Origin: an uncultured Candidatus Saccharibacteria bacterium
GTDB taxonomy: Bacteria > Patescibacteriota > Saccharimonadia > CAILAD01 > JADZBC01
Assembly (NCBI GenBank): GCA_964436255.1
Contig: CAYTBW010000003.1
Location: 51,019-115,018, forward strand
Reading direction: 5' to 3'
DNA length: 64,000 nt
Below are positions 29,617 to 38,338 of this stretch, piece by piece. Position numbers and translations under genes: made by a program. Within the stretch, counting starts at the first letter, position 1; each line of letters opens with the position of its first letter. The notes beneath the pieces were generated by a model, which saw only the letters and a list, made by a program, of their open reading frames with translations, ran no database searches and had not been told where the DNA came from.

Positions 29617-30450
29617 ATGGGCAGTCGCGCTAGTTATTGCTATTGTGCCAAAGTGACCCGTAAGTCGTCCTCATCTTTCTACTTAGCGTCGCGCTACTTT
29701 GATGCTGAAACACGAAGGCATCTTCATGCGATTTACGCCTTTTGTCGGACGGCCGATGATATTGCTGACGCCCCAGGCCTGGAACGCAATGTGCGGCTTG
29801 ACGAAATTGGCGTGCTCGAGCATACGCTGAAGACTGAGCGTTATGAGGCTGATGACCTATTGTGGCCGGCGTTCTTTGAATCTGTAAAGAAGTATGGTAT
29901 CCCAAAGAAGTACTTTAATGAGCTTCTCGAGGGCATGAGGTTTGATATTGAGGGTGGCGCGATCAAGTCCTTGGCGGACCTGGAGCGATATAGCTACCTA
30001 GTAGCAGGCACGGTAGGGGGCATGTGCGCCCACCTTGTGACGAAGCCCAGTGCCTCGATAATAGAGGCCGCAATAGACCTGGGTATCGCCATGCAGATTA
30101 CTAACATATTGCGAGATGTAAGCGCCGACGTTTTGATTGGTCGAATTTACCTCCCGGAGGACATGATGCGGCAATACGGACTAAAAGAGTCTGACATACG
30201 ACAAGGAAGGTTCACGGAGGGATCAGCTGTGCTGATGGCTGAACTGGCTGCTATAGCTCAACAAAAGTATGAACGAGCCGAAATTGTGGTTAGGCGGTTG
30301 CCTAAGAATAATCGCAGGCCTATCCTGATCGCACTTGGGTTGTATCGCGAGATTCTTATGCGCATAGAACAGCGAGAGTTTAGAGTCTATAATACGAGGG
30401 TACGCTTAAATATCCTTCAGAAGTTATGGCTCGTAATAAGAACAAGATAG
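29617..30450 (+). CDS. crtB: Phytoene synthase
   Basis: …YAFCRTADDIAD… and …GIAMQITNILRDV… squalene/phytoene synthase signatures. Confidence 0.85.
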   Translation: MGSRASYCYCAKVTRKSSSSFYLASRYFDAETRRHLHAIYAFCRTADDIADAPGLERNVRLDEIGVLEHTLKTERYEADDLLWPAFFESVKKYGIPKKYFNELLEGMRFDIEGGAIKSLADLERYSYLVAGTVGGMCAHLVTKPSASIIEAAIDLGIAMQITNILRDVSADVLIGRIYLPEDMMRQYGLKESDIRQGRFTEGSAVLMAELAAIAQQKYERAEIVVRRLPKNNRRPILIALGLYREILMRIEQREFRVYNTRVRLNILQKLWLVIRTR

Positions 30451-30459
30451 GTCATCAAT

Positions 30460-31683
30460 ATGAACCAAACCCCAAGTAGGCGGCCGGGGATAGACGGATT
30501 GAGCCATCGATCCCACAAGGTTCAGCCGCATCAATCTCACCACTCTCATTCAGTTAGCCCTGTAAAACCAGCACACGTAGTGCATCAACCTCGTCATGCT
30601 CTCGGCATGATGACTGTGCTGTCTCAGGTTTTTTCACCTCGGGTAGATGCTGGGCTCAAAAAGCTAGCTATCGTCCGTCTAGCGCTCGATATTAAGTTTT
30701 GGCTTTTACTCTGCTTGCCGTTTATTGCTCTATGGGCACTAAATGCCTCCCAGGGCTCTCCTTGGCTGGTATTCTCGGGCCTCAAGGAAGCTAGTTTAGA
30801 ATGGGGCTATCCTAGGTTTGTGATGGTGGCAGCGGGAGGCTACGTGGTCATTATTCTCTCGATTCTCGCCACGACTCTACTAAATCAGGTTATGTTGGGT
30901 CGAGAATTGCTTCGTAGTCACGGGCATGTGGTCGGGGTCCATTCACTCGTTCGCTTGACCGCGGCAAATGCGCTTAAACTGACATTTGGGTGGTTTGTCC
31001 ACGTCGCGGCTATCTTTTTGACTACAGTTGCTGTGACATGGGGCGCTTGGATCCTTGTTCGGGGCAATGTAGTTGGTAGATACTACCTCGCAGCCATTAT
31101 TTTGGCTTTGGGCTTGTCTTTAGTGTTGGGCATGGAGGCTGTGTGGTACGCTAGCCGTCTTGTGCTTGCAACAAGCAATGCGAAGCTCCGAAGGGCTTGG
31201 TTGCTAGCCTGGCGGACCGTAGTTTCGGGCCCCGTTTTTAGTCTTTGGGCAGTCGTTCTGGCAAAAAGCGTCCAGCTTATCTTCATTGCGCTGATCGCAT
31301 CCTCGGTATATTTTAGCACCCAGGTTCTTTTGGGCCAGAATTCAGCGGCTACCCGGGCGGCCGTATGGGTATTGTGGCTCATGTTTGACCTTGCTTCCGG
31401 TTACGCTCTGCTTATAGCGAGTACACGATATTGGGCTGGCTGGTACTCCTTGCTATTGTTGCGGCTTCCAGGGAGGTTCGCGGAGCAGCACAAGGTTGCA
31501 GCTCCTTCAGGCGCGGCGTTGAAGGGTTTCTGGAAGGGCCTGGTGTTGTGCCTCGTCGTGCTGTGTGTATTGTGCGCAGGACTCTTGTTGGCTGTTGCGT
31601 GGAGAGATCCTATCGTCACGTACCTGGGTGCCATGCGCGATTCGTTGCCCATGAACCTGGAGACCGTAGTACCCGGTAAATAG
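30460..31683 (+). CDS. Polytopic membrane protein of unknown function with a His-rich N-terminus
   Basis: N-terminal …HRSHKVQPHQSHHSHSVSPVKPAHVVHQPRH… followed by about 8 TM helices. Confidence 0.4.
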   Translation: MNQTPSRRPGIDGLSHRSHKVQPHQSHHSHSVSPVKPAHVVHQPRHALGMMTVLSQVFSPRVDAGLKKLAIVRLALDIKFWLLLCLPFIALWALNASQGSPWLVFSGLKEASLEWGYPRFVMVAAGGYVVIILSILATTLLNQVMLGRELLRSHGHVVGVHSLVRLTAANALKLTFGWFVHVAAIFLTTVAVTWGAWILVRGNVVGRYYLAAIILALGLSLVLGMEAVWYASRLVLATSNAKLRRAWLLAWRTVVSGPVFSLWAVVLAKSVQLIFIALIASSVYFSTQVLLGQNSAATRAAVWVLWLMFDLASGYALLIASTRYWAGWYSLLLLRLPGRFAEQHKVAAPSGAALKGFWKGLVLCLVVLCVLCAGLLLAVAWRDPIVTYLGAMRDSLPMNLETVVPGK

Positions 31684-31693
31684 GGGATAGAAC

Positions 31694-31723
31694 TTGACTA
31701 AGGCATCAAATCCAGGTTATAAT
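31694..31723 (+). promoter_or_regulatory. Sigma70-like promoter TTGACT-18-TATAAT
   Basis: ttgactaaggcatcaaatccaggttataat. Confidence 0.5.
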
Positions 31724-31732
31724 AGCCAACGA

Positions 31733-31750
31733 AAGCCGGAAGGCTTTTTT
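31733..31750 (+). terminator. Short intrinsic-terminator-like hairpin (aagcc-ggaa-ggctt) plus T6. It lies between two promoters and may be an attenuator.
   Basis: gaaagccggaaggctttttt. Confidence 0.4.
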
Positions 31751-31753
31751 AAG

Positions 31754-31784
31754 TTGGCAGTATGCACCCCGACTGGGGTATAAT
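31754..31784 (+). promoter_or_regulatory. Second sigma70-like promoter TTGGCA-19-TATAAT immediately upstream of secE (near-leaderless)
   Basis: ttggcagtatgcaccccgactggggtataat. Confidence 0.4.
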
Positions 31785-31789
31785 TACAA

Positions 31790-31990
31790 GTGAAACCTAT
31801 GGATAAACTCATTAATTACATTTCGCTATCGTATGCTGAGCTCAAAAAGGTAACTTGGCCAACACGCCGCCAGGCTTTGCAGCTGACCTTAATCGTTATT
31901 GTGTTCTCGGTTACTCTCGCTGTCATCGTCGGAGGTTTTGATGCAGCCATCCGTGCATTTTTACAACAAGTAATTTTAAAGGTGAATTAA
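31790..31990 (+). CDS. secE: Preprotein translocase subunit SecE. The GTG at 31790 or the ATG at 31799 may be the start.
   Basis: …LKKVTWPTRRQALQLTLIVIVFSVTLAVIVGGFD… is the SecE core helix. Confidence 0.85.
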   Translation: MKPMDKLINYISLSYAELKKVTWPTRRQALQLTLIVIVFSVTLAVIVGGFDAAIRAFLQQVILKVN

Positions 31991-32530
31991 ATGACCAAGG
32001 AAAGCACTCCGAGGGCGTGGTACGTAATTCATACGTACTCGGGCTACGAAGATCAGGTATCTGATAATTTACGACAGCGTATTGATTCGATGGGCATGCA
32101 GGACAAGGTGTTCAGCGTCATCGTCCCTAAAGAGAACCAGATTGAAATTAAGAACGGTAAACGTCGCGTGGTAGAGCGAAAGATCTTCCCTGGCTACATC
32201 CTCGTAGAGATGATAGTGACAGAGGACTCGTGGTACGTCGTACGTAATACGCCGAATGTAACGGGATTTGTTGGGACTGGAACTACGCCATCACCAATCA
32301 ATGATGACGAAGTTAAGTCCATCCAGAAGCGCATGGGCGTTGAGGAGCCTAAATACAAGATTGACTTTAGTATCGGTCAGCTTGTTAATATCATCGACGG
32401 TCCATTCAAAGGCTTTGATGGCTCCGTAAGCGAGATTGACGAAAGTAAGGGTAAGCTCAAGGTCCTGGTGAACATGTTTGGCCGAGAGACACCAGTCGAG
32501 CTTGATAGCTTGCAAGTAAAGAAAGTATAG
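31991..32530 (+). CDS. nusG: Transcription antiterminator NusG
   Basis: NGN domain (…WYVIHTYSGYE…) and C-terminal KOW. Confidence 0.95.
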   Translation: MTKESTPRAWYVIHTYSGYEDQVSDNLRQRIDSMGMQDKVFSVIVPKENQIEIKNGKRRVVERKIFPGYILVEMIVTEDSWYVVRNTPNVTGFVGTGTTPSPINDDEVKSIQKRMGVEEPKYKIDFSIGQLVNIIDGPFKGFDGSVSEIDESKGKLKVLVNMFGRETPVELDSLQVKKV

Positions 32531-32540
32531 GAATTAGATT

Positions 32541-32972
32541 ATGGCAGAAGCAAAGAAAGTAAAAGCACAACTCAAGATGGTTATACCTGGTGGCGGAGCA
32601 ACTCCAGCACCACCTGTAGGATCTGCACTTGGTCAGCATGGCGTAAATATGATGGACTTCATTAACGCATTTAACGAGCAGACTAAGGACGTAAAGGGGC
32701 AGCCAGTTCCAACTAAGATTACCGTTTACGAAGATAAGAGCTTTACGTTCGTAACAAAGTCTACACCAGCTGCAACGCTAATTAAGCAGGCAATCGGCTT
32801 GCAAAAAGGCTCTGGCGTTCCCCACAAGGAAAAGGTAGGAAAGCTTACTCAGGATCAGTTAACACAAATTGCAGAAACTAAGTTACCTGATTTGAGTGCA
32901 AATGACATTGAAGCAGCTAAGAAGGTTATTGCCGGCACAGCTCGCTCTATGGGTATTGAGGTAGAGAAATAA
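32541..32972 (+). CDS. rplK: 50S ribosomal protein L11
   Basis: …[29 protein letters not shown]…. Confidence 0.95.
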   Translation: MAEAKKVKAQLKMVIPGGGATPAPPVGSALGQHGVNMMDFINAFNEQTKDVKGQPVPTKITVYEDKSFTFVTKSTPAATLIKQAIGLQKGSGVPHKEKVGKLTQDQLTQIAETKLPDLSANDIEAAKKVIAGTARSMGIEVEK

Positions 32973-33033
32973 TATAGCAATATAACGAAGGTGGGAGGCA
33001 TGTACTGCCGCTTGCACCACTAAGGAGAAAACT

Positions 33034-33951
33034 ATGGTAGATAAGAAAAACGAAGAGATTAAAGAGGAAGTTGCCACTGAGACTAATGCCGTGGAGTCAA
33101 CTAACGTAGAGGTGATTGCGCCCGTGGCAACTACAAAAGCCGGTAAGCATTCTGCCAAGGCCGTTCGCGAGGCCGAACAGCTCGCCGAGAAAGAGGCTCG
33201 CAAGGAAGCCCAGCTCGACGAGGAGCCTGCCCCTCGACCCAAACTGAAGCCCCGAGTAAAAACTTATAGCAAGAAGCAGAAAGCTGCTCGCGAACTTGTT
33301 GATAAGGAAAAGCTCTACACTATAGGTGATGCGGTTGACCTATTGCCGAAGCTCTCGAGTAGTAACTTCGATGCAACTGCAGAGCTACATGTTGCGCTCG
33401 GTATTGACCCGCGCCAGGCTGACCAGCAGTTTCGCAATAGCGTAGTTTTGCCAGCAGGGACCGGAAGCGAAGTCCGAATCGCTGTCTTGACCGATGCGAA
33501 GCTAGCTAAGGCAGCTGCTGACGCCGGTGCCGACATGACTGATAGCGAACAGCTTTTAGCTGACATCGCAAAGGGGAAGTTTGACTTTGATGTGCTCGTT
33601 GCTTCGCCTGATCAGATGGCTGTTTTGGGGCGTCACGCTAAAGCACTCGGACCAAAAGGCCTTATGCCTTCACCTAAAAGCGGCACGGTAACTCCCGACC
33701 CAGCAAAAGCTGTTGCCGAGATCAAGAAGGGTCGCCTGGACCTCAAGAATGATGCAAGCGGCATTGTGCACGTTGCTATAGGTAAAGTAAGCTTTAAGTC
33801 TGCGGACTTGCTCGCTAATGCAGAAGCAGTCTTGAACGCGGTCGTACACAACCGCCCATCGGGAGTAAAAGGTGTGTATGTAAAATCTGCGTATATGGCT
33901 GCCACCATGACGCCGTCAATTAAGCTTGATATATCTAGCCTTTCGAAGTAG
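33034..33951 (+). CDS. rplA: 50S ribosomal protein L1 with a ~75-aa Lys/Glu/Ala-rich N-terminal extension
   Basis: Canonical L1 core from about residue 80. Strong SD (aaggag) at the 33034 ATG supports the long form. Confidence 0.85.
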   Translation: MVDKKNEEIKEEVATETNAVESTNVEVIAPVATTKAGKHSAKAVREAEQLAEKEARKEAQLDEEPAPRPKLKPRVKTYSKKQKAARELVDKEKLYTIGDAVDLLPKLSSSNFDATAELHVALGIDPRQADQQFRNSVVLPAGTGSEVRIAVLTDAKLAKAAADAGADMTDSEQLLADIAKGKFDFDVLVASPDQMAVLGRHAKALGPKGLMPSPKSGTVTPDPAKAVAEIKKGRLDLKNDASGIVHVAIGKVSFKSADLLANAEAVLNAVVHNRPSGVKGVYVKSAYMAATMTPSIKLDISSLSK

Positions 33952-33977
33952 CAGAAAAGACTCGTGTGTCACAAAAA

Positions 33978-34005
33978 ATACCCCGGAATTCCGGGGTATT
34001 TTTTG
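33978..34005 (+). terminator. Rho-independent terminator: 9-bp GC stem (ataccccgg/ccggggtat), loop aatt, flanked by an A-run and T6
   Basis: acaaaaaataccccggaattccggggtattttttg. Confidence 0.8.
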
Positions 34006-34065
34006 TTCATAGATATTGCGGAGCCACTTGTGCAGCCCCTATAATGAGGTAAATAGGGGGTGTGT

Positions 34066-34884
34066 ATGGCAAGGACTACAGAAGGTGATGCTCAGCAGTG
34101 GCTAAAAGCGCAGCTTCAGGGAGAGGGCTACGACCTTACTGCAGTTGAGATCTATCAGCGTAAAGTCGCTCGGCCTTTTTCGGGCGCACTGGGTGATGCG
34201 GAAATGATAGCCGCACGTAAGTCGGGCCAGATTGTAATTGAGCCATATTCCTCTGAGCTGCTTAACTCTTCGAGTTACGATGTGCGTTTGGGTGGGTATT
34301 TCTACCGAGCTGAGCGAGTCGGTCACAGAGTGGACTTCTCTCCTTATGACGAGGGCGAAGTTAGGGATTATTACGCGGGGCCTTACAAGGCTATGCGGCA
34401 CAAGGACTGGTGTAGCCGTAATCAGCGGCAGCCCTTTCACGGTATCGGAGAGGACGAACATATAATTGTATTAGCACCGGGTGAATGTATCCTGGGCCAT
34501 ACCGTGGAGTACATAGGCGCCCGTTATGGCGCTACAACTATGATGAAGGCACGATCTTCGCTTGGCAGGATAAATATTTCGGCCTGTGATGATGCCGGCT
34601 GGGGTGATGTCGGGTATATTAATCGTTGGACCATGGAGATTCGAAACAAGAACAAGGATGTTTGGGTTCCGCTGGTCGCAGGAATGCCAATAGGGCAAAT
34701 TGTGTTTTTCTGGGTTGCAGGAGCGACGGTAGACTACGGGGAGCAGGGGCATTACCAGGGCGATAAGGACCTACGCAAGGTGAAGAAGTCCTGGAAGCCT
34801 GAGGGCATGTTGCCCCAGATATATTCAAAGAAAAACAGGGATTTGCGAAGGCAGCTCTCTACTTCTCCTAAAGAGATATTCTAG
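34066..34884 (+). CDS. dcd: dCTP deaminase family protein with C-terminal Lys-rich tail. The ORF-track start at GTG 34060 is also possible.
   Basis: …SSYDVRLGGY… and …DDAGWGDVGY… dCTP-deaminase/dUTPase-fold motifs. Own promoter (TTGCGG-18-TATAAT) and SD aggggg. Confidence 0.7.
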   Translation: MARTTEGDAQQWLKAQLQGEGYDLTAVEIYQRKVARPFSGALGDAEMIAARKSGQIVIEPYSSELLNSSSYDVRLGGYFYRAERVGHRVDFSPYDEGEVRDYYAGPYKAMRHKDWCSRNQRQPFHGIGEDEHIIVLAPGECILGHTVEYIGARYGATTMMKARSSLGRINISACDDAGWGDVGYINRWTMEIRNKNKDVWVPLVAGMPIGQIVFFWVAGATVDYGEQGHYQGDKDLRKVKKSWKPEGMLPQIYSKKNRDLRRQLSTSPKEIF

Positions 34885-35124
34885 CCCGGCGATGAGCCAT
34901 TGTTGGCCCGTTTGCTTCTTGACCATGGCTACCTGATCTGTTAAAATACCTCTATCGATTACCAAAGACCGTAGCCGACGCAAGTCTTAATCCGCTACGA
35001 GAGGTGAGATGCTCACAAATATTGTTTGCTTTTCAACTCTTTGGTTTTCGCCAAAGTTTTTTGTTTTAGCCAAGGTCGAGGCTCAGAACAGGTTCTTAAT
35101 AATAAGTAATGAAAGGGTAGTTGC

Positions 35125-35658
35125 ATGGCAAAAACACGTGAACGCAAGCAGTCTGATGTTGCGAAGATGTCCGAACTTTTTGGTCAGACAAAACTCGCAG
35201 TTTTGACAGACTACCGAGGTCTTGATGTGCCAGCAATCAATGAGCTGCGTAGCAAGCTTCGAGATGCAGGTATTACCTATACTGTCGCCAAAAACACCCT
35301 AGTAAAGCTAGCTCTAGCGGATTCTCCACAGAAGAATGCCGACACCAGCCTTCTGAACGGCCCAATGGCAATCGCATTCGGGACCGACGAAGTTGATGCG
35401 GCCAAAATCGTGGCTGAGTTTGCGAAAGAGTATGCAGCACTCGATATTTTGGGTGCAATTTCTGAAGATGGCAGCATTTTAACCAAGGCAGAAGTGAAGG
35501 CTTTAGCCTCATTGCCGAGCCGCGAGCAACTTATGGCTCAGTTGGTTGGAACAATCGCTGCTCCGCTCAGTAGCTTTGTAAGGGTACTTAATGGCAATGT
35601 TGCCAGTGTGGTTTACGCACTAAACGCAATCAAAGAAAAGAAAGAGGCACAGGCCTAG
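35125..35658 (+). CDS. rplJ: 50S ribosomal protein L10
   Basis: L10-like 177 aa. Confidence 0.95.
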   Translation: MAKTRERKQSDVAKMSELFGQTKLAVLTDYRGLDVPAINELRSKLRDAGITYTVAKNTLVKLALADSPQKNADTSLLNGPMAIAFGTDEVDAAKIVAEFAKEYAALDILGAISEDGSILTKAEVKALASLPSREQLMAQLVGTIAAPLSSFVRVLNGNVASVVYALNAIKEKKEAQA

Positions 35659-35682
35659 TCCACTAATAATAAGGAGAACAAT

Positions 35683-36111
35683 ATGGCAGAAGAAGTAACA
35701 GTAGAAGAAAAAGCAAAGGTAGAAGTTCCAGAGAAGTTCAAAGGTCTCGTAAGTGAGATAGAAAAGCTAAGCGTTCTTGACCTTTCAGAGCTTGTAAAAG
35801 TTCTTGAAGATCACTTTGGCGTAAGCGCAGCAGCTCCAGCTGCAGCAGTAGCAGCAGCTCCAGCTGCAGGCGAAGGCGCCGACGCAGGTGCTGACGAAAA
35901 AGCCAACTACGATATCGTACTCACGGGTGCTGGCGAAAAGAAAATCGACGTCATTAAGGCCGTACGTGAGATTTCAGGTCTAGGTTTGGCTGAGAGCAAG
36001 GCTCTTGTAGACAGTGCTCCAAAGACTGTTAAGGAAGCCGCTCCGAAGGCAGAAGCCGAAGAAGCTAAGGCTAAGCTTGAAGCAGCCGGCGCTACTGTAG
36101 AGCTACAGTAA
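35683..36111 (+). CDS. rplL: 50S ribosomal protein L7/L12
   Basis: NTD, Ala/Pro hinge and CTD with …[24 protein letters not shown]…. Confidence 0.95.
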   Translation: MAEEVTVEEKAKVEVPEKFKGLVSEIEKLSVLDLSELVKVLEDHFGVSAAAPAAAVAAAPAAGEGADAGADEKANYDIVLTGAGEKKIDVIKAVREISGLGLAESKALVDSAPKTVKEAAPKAEAEEAKAKLEAAGATVELQ

Positions 36112-36138
36112 GCTCTAACGCTCAAAAGTATTATAAAT

Positions 36139-36160
36139 GGCCTCGCAAGGGGCCTTTTAT
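36139..36160 (+). terminator. Rho-independent terminator with a GCAA tetraloop (ggcctc-gcaa-ggggcc) and T4
   Basis: aatggcctcgcaaggggccttttat. Confidence 0.75.
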
Positions 36161-36249
36161 AATGGAGTAAAATTTAGCCCAACAGGTTGGCATAATATAC
36201 CAAAAGTGCTACACTAAGGCCAATCAGGTAAAAAGATATATCCAAAACA

Positions 36250-36798
36250 ATGATTGAAAAAGATAAACAACAAGCAAACCTCCAGGCACTAGCAAACCAA
36301 CTTGCTTCGGCAGAATCTAGTCTACGCGAAGTACATAGACTTATTCAGGAGATGGGAGTTAAGCCGGAGGACCTTCCCGAGCCAAGCAAAGCCCGAACGA
36401 CCAAGAGTCCCGCTGCCGCCAGTGCAGTAAACGGAAAAGTCATAGAGGGTCGGTTTGATGGTCAACATATGATTGGAGAGGGCAGTAAGAGCTATCCAGT
36501 TCCTGCTAACTATGCCTCCAAGTCTAAACTTGTCGAAGGAGACACTCTTAAACTTACTATTGCCGAGGACGGCTCGTTTATATACAAGCAGATTGGACCA
36601 GTAGAGCGCAAGAAGCTTATTGGTAAGCTCATACTTGACGATGGCCAGTATAAGGTTGAAGCTGGTAGTAAGGTATATAATGTGCTTTTTGCAAGCGTCA
36701 CTTACTTCAAGGGTAATCCTGGCGACGAAGTAACGATTGTGATTCCCGCTGCCGAAGGCGCCACTTGGGCTGCAATCGAAGCAATTATCGGCGCATAG
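36250..36798 (+). CDS. Hypothetical protein, 182 aa
   Basis: ORF in the slot where rpoBC usually follows rplL; no recognisable motif. The antisense ORF 36322-37161 is rejected as spurious. Confidence 0.45.
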   Translation: MIEKDKQQANLQALANQLASAESSLREVHRLIQEMGVKPEDLPEPSKARTTKSPAAASAVNGKVIEGRFDGQHMIGEGSKSYPVPANYASKSKLVEGDTLKLTIAEDGSFIYKQIGPVERKKLIGKLILDDGQYKVEAGSKVYNVLFASVTYFKGNPGDEVTIVIPAAEGATWAAIEAIIGA

Positions 36799-36883
36799 AA
36801 AGCACCTGTCGCTAACGGCTCTTGTGACTGGTCCCGCCACAGCGCTATAATAGGTGTAATAATGTTTGTGAAATGGAGGGGTT

Positions 36884-38338
36884 TTGTCTCGTATTGCGCT
36901 GTATCGCAAATACCGATCAGTCGACTTTAAGGATGTCGTTGGCCAAAAGCACGTTACTCGGACTCTTGAGGCCGCGGTTGAGCGGGGTTTGATAAGCCAC
37001 GCGTATTTACTTACAGGGCCAAGGGGCACCGGTAAGACCAGTATTGCTCGTATCTTGGCCCGGCGGATTAATTCCTTGCCATCTGGTGTTGATCTCGACA
37101 GGGAATTAGATATTATCGAGATCGATGCCGCCTCTAACCGCGGCATTGACGAGATACGCACACTGCGCGAGAAGATAGTCTCGGCCCCAACAAGCTTGGC
37201 CTACAAGATATATATTATTGACGAGGTTCATATGCTTACCCGCGAGGCCTTTAATGCCCTGCTTAAGACCCTTGAAGAGCCTCCAGCTCATGCTGTGTTT
37301 GTGCTTGCCACCACTGAGGCTCATAAGCTCCCTGAGACCATCATTTCTAGGACTCAGCGTTTTGATTTACGGCCAATAACCACGCAGGATCTGGTGTCGC
37401 GGCTCGAAGATATCGCAGCCAGTGAGAAGATAGTAATCGATCGGGATGCTCTCGAGATGATTGCTCGAGCAAGCAGAGGTGGGTTCCGCGATGCTATAGG
37501 CCTGCTCGATCAACTCTCTGTATTGAATGAGAAGCTAACGGTCGAGCAAGTTGCTGCTGTCCTAGGCATGGCCGCACGAGCTGATATTTTGGAGATTATT
37601 GAGGCAATTGCCGCTAAAGATTCTGCCACAGCCCTTACTAAGCTGGAGGCACTTATATCATCTGGCAATGAGCCGCAGGGGCTGACAGGACAGCTTTTAG
37701 AGGAGATACGTGAAGATTTATTGCGCGGGGTGATTGCAGGCGGCAAACAAGAGTCAGTACTCGACGGCACTCAGGCGGCCTGGGCGATCGAGTGTCTAAC
37801 CAAGGCGCTCGGCGATTTTAAGATTACCCAGCACTATAGTCTGCCCCTGGAGCTAGCCCTTTATCGTGCGAGTGTAGGTGTGTCGGTAGCGCCGTTAGAA
37901 CAGGCTGCCGTGCAGCGGCAACAGGAATCCAGGGACTCTACGCAGTCGACACCGAAACCTAAGATCCAAGAAGCTAAAAAGGCCTCGGCCAAGCCTAATG
38001 CAGAGCCCTCTGCCGACGAACAGAGTCTATGTACTAAGGGTCTCAGTTTGATCAAAGAAAGGAATAATTCACTATACGCTGTAATGCGTTCGGCGAATCC
38101 TCACATCGAGGATAATAAGCTTGTTTTGGAATGTAGATTCAGTTTTCACAAGGAGCGAATGGAAGAGCAGAAGAATCGGCAGCTCATTGAGCAAATCATG
38201 AGTAAGAGCTTGGGCCGCGATATCATGCTAAACTGTAGACTGACGAAGACGAGTGAGGAGAAGCAAATAGTGGATAGTGGGCAAGAGCTCGTAGCATCTG
38301 CTTTGGAGATTCTTGGAGGCGAGGTGGTAAATGGCTAA
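36884..38338 (+). CDS. dnaX: DNA polymerase III subunit gamma/tau
   Basis: Walker A GPRGTGKTSIARILAR, DEVHML box, SRTQ sensor. Confidence 0.9.
   Translation: MSRIALYRKYRSVDFKDVVGQKHVTRTLEAAVERGLISHAYLLTGPRGTGKTSIARILARRINSLPSGVDLDRELDIIEIDAASNRGIDEIRTLREKIVSAPTSLAYKIYIIDEVHMLTREAFNALLKTLEEPPAHAVFVLATTEAHKLPETIISRTQRFDLRPITTQDLVSRLEDIAASEKIVIDRDALEMIARASRGGFRDAIGLLDQLSVLNEKLTVEQVAAVLGMAARADILEIIEAIAAKDSATALTKLEALISSGNEPQGLTGQLLEEIREDLLRGVIAGGKQESVLDGTQAAWAIECLTKALGDFKITQHYSLPLELALYRASVGVSVAPLEQAAVQRQQESRDSTQSTPKPKIQEAKKASAKPNAEPSADEQSLCTKGLSLIKERNNSLYAVMRSANPHIEDNKLVLECRFSFHKERMEEQKNRQLIEQIMSKSLGRDIMLNCRLTKTSEEKQIVDSGQELVASALEILGGEVVNG

Noticed and set aside
18365-31789. Looked for hallmarks of an active genomic island at tRNA-Trp (integrase, direct repeat of the tRNA 3' end at the far boundary)
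   Set aside because: No integrase or recombinase ORF is present, no repeat of gggttcgattcctgccacccctgcca was found near 31.6-31.8 kb, and the island GC equals the host GC. It is reported only as an old insertion.
36322-37161. 279-aa minus-strand ORF overlapping the hypothetical gene and the 5' part of dnaX
   Set aside because: It lies antisense to two well-supported plus-strand genes (dnaX Walker A and the DEVHML box fall inside it), and it has no motif or RBS. It is a spurious long antisense frame.
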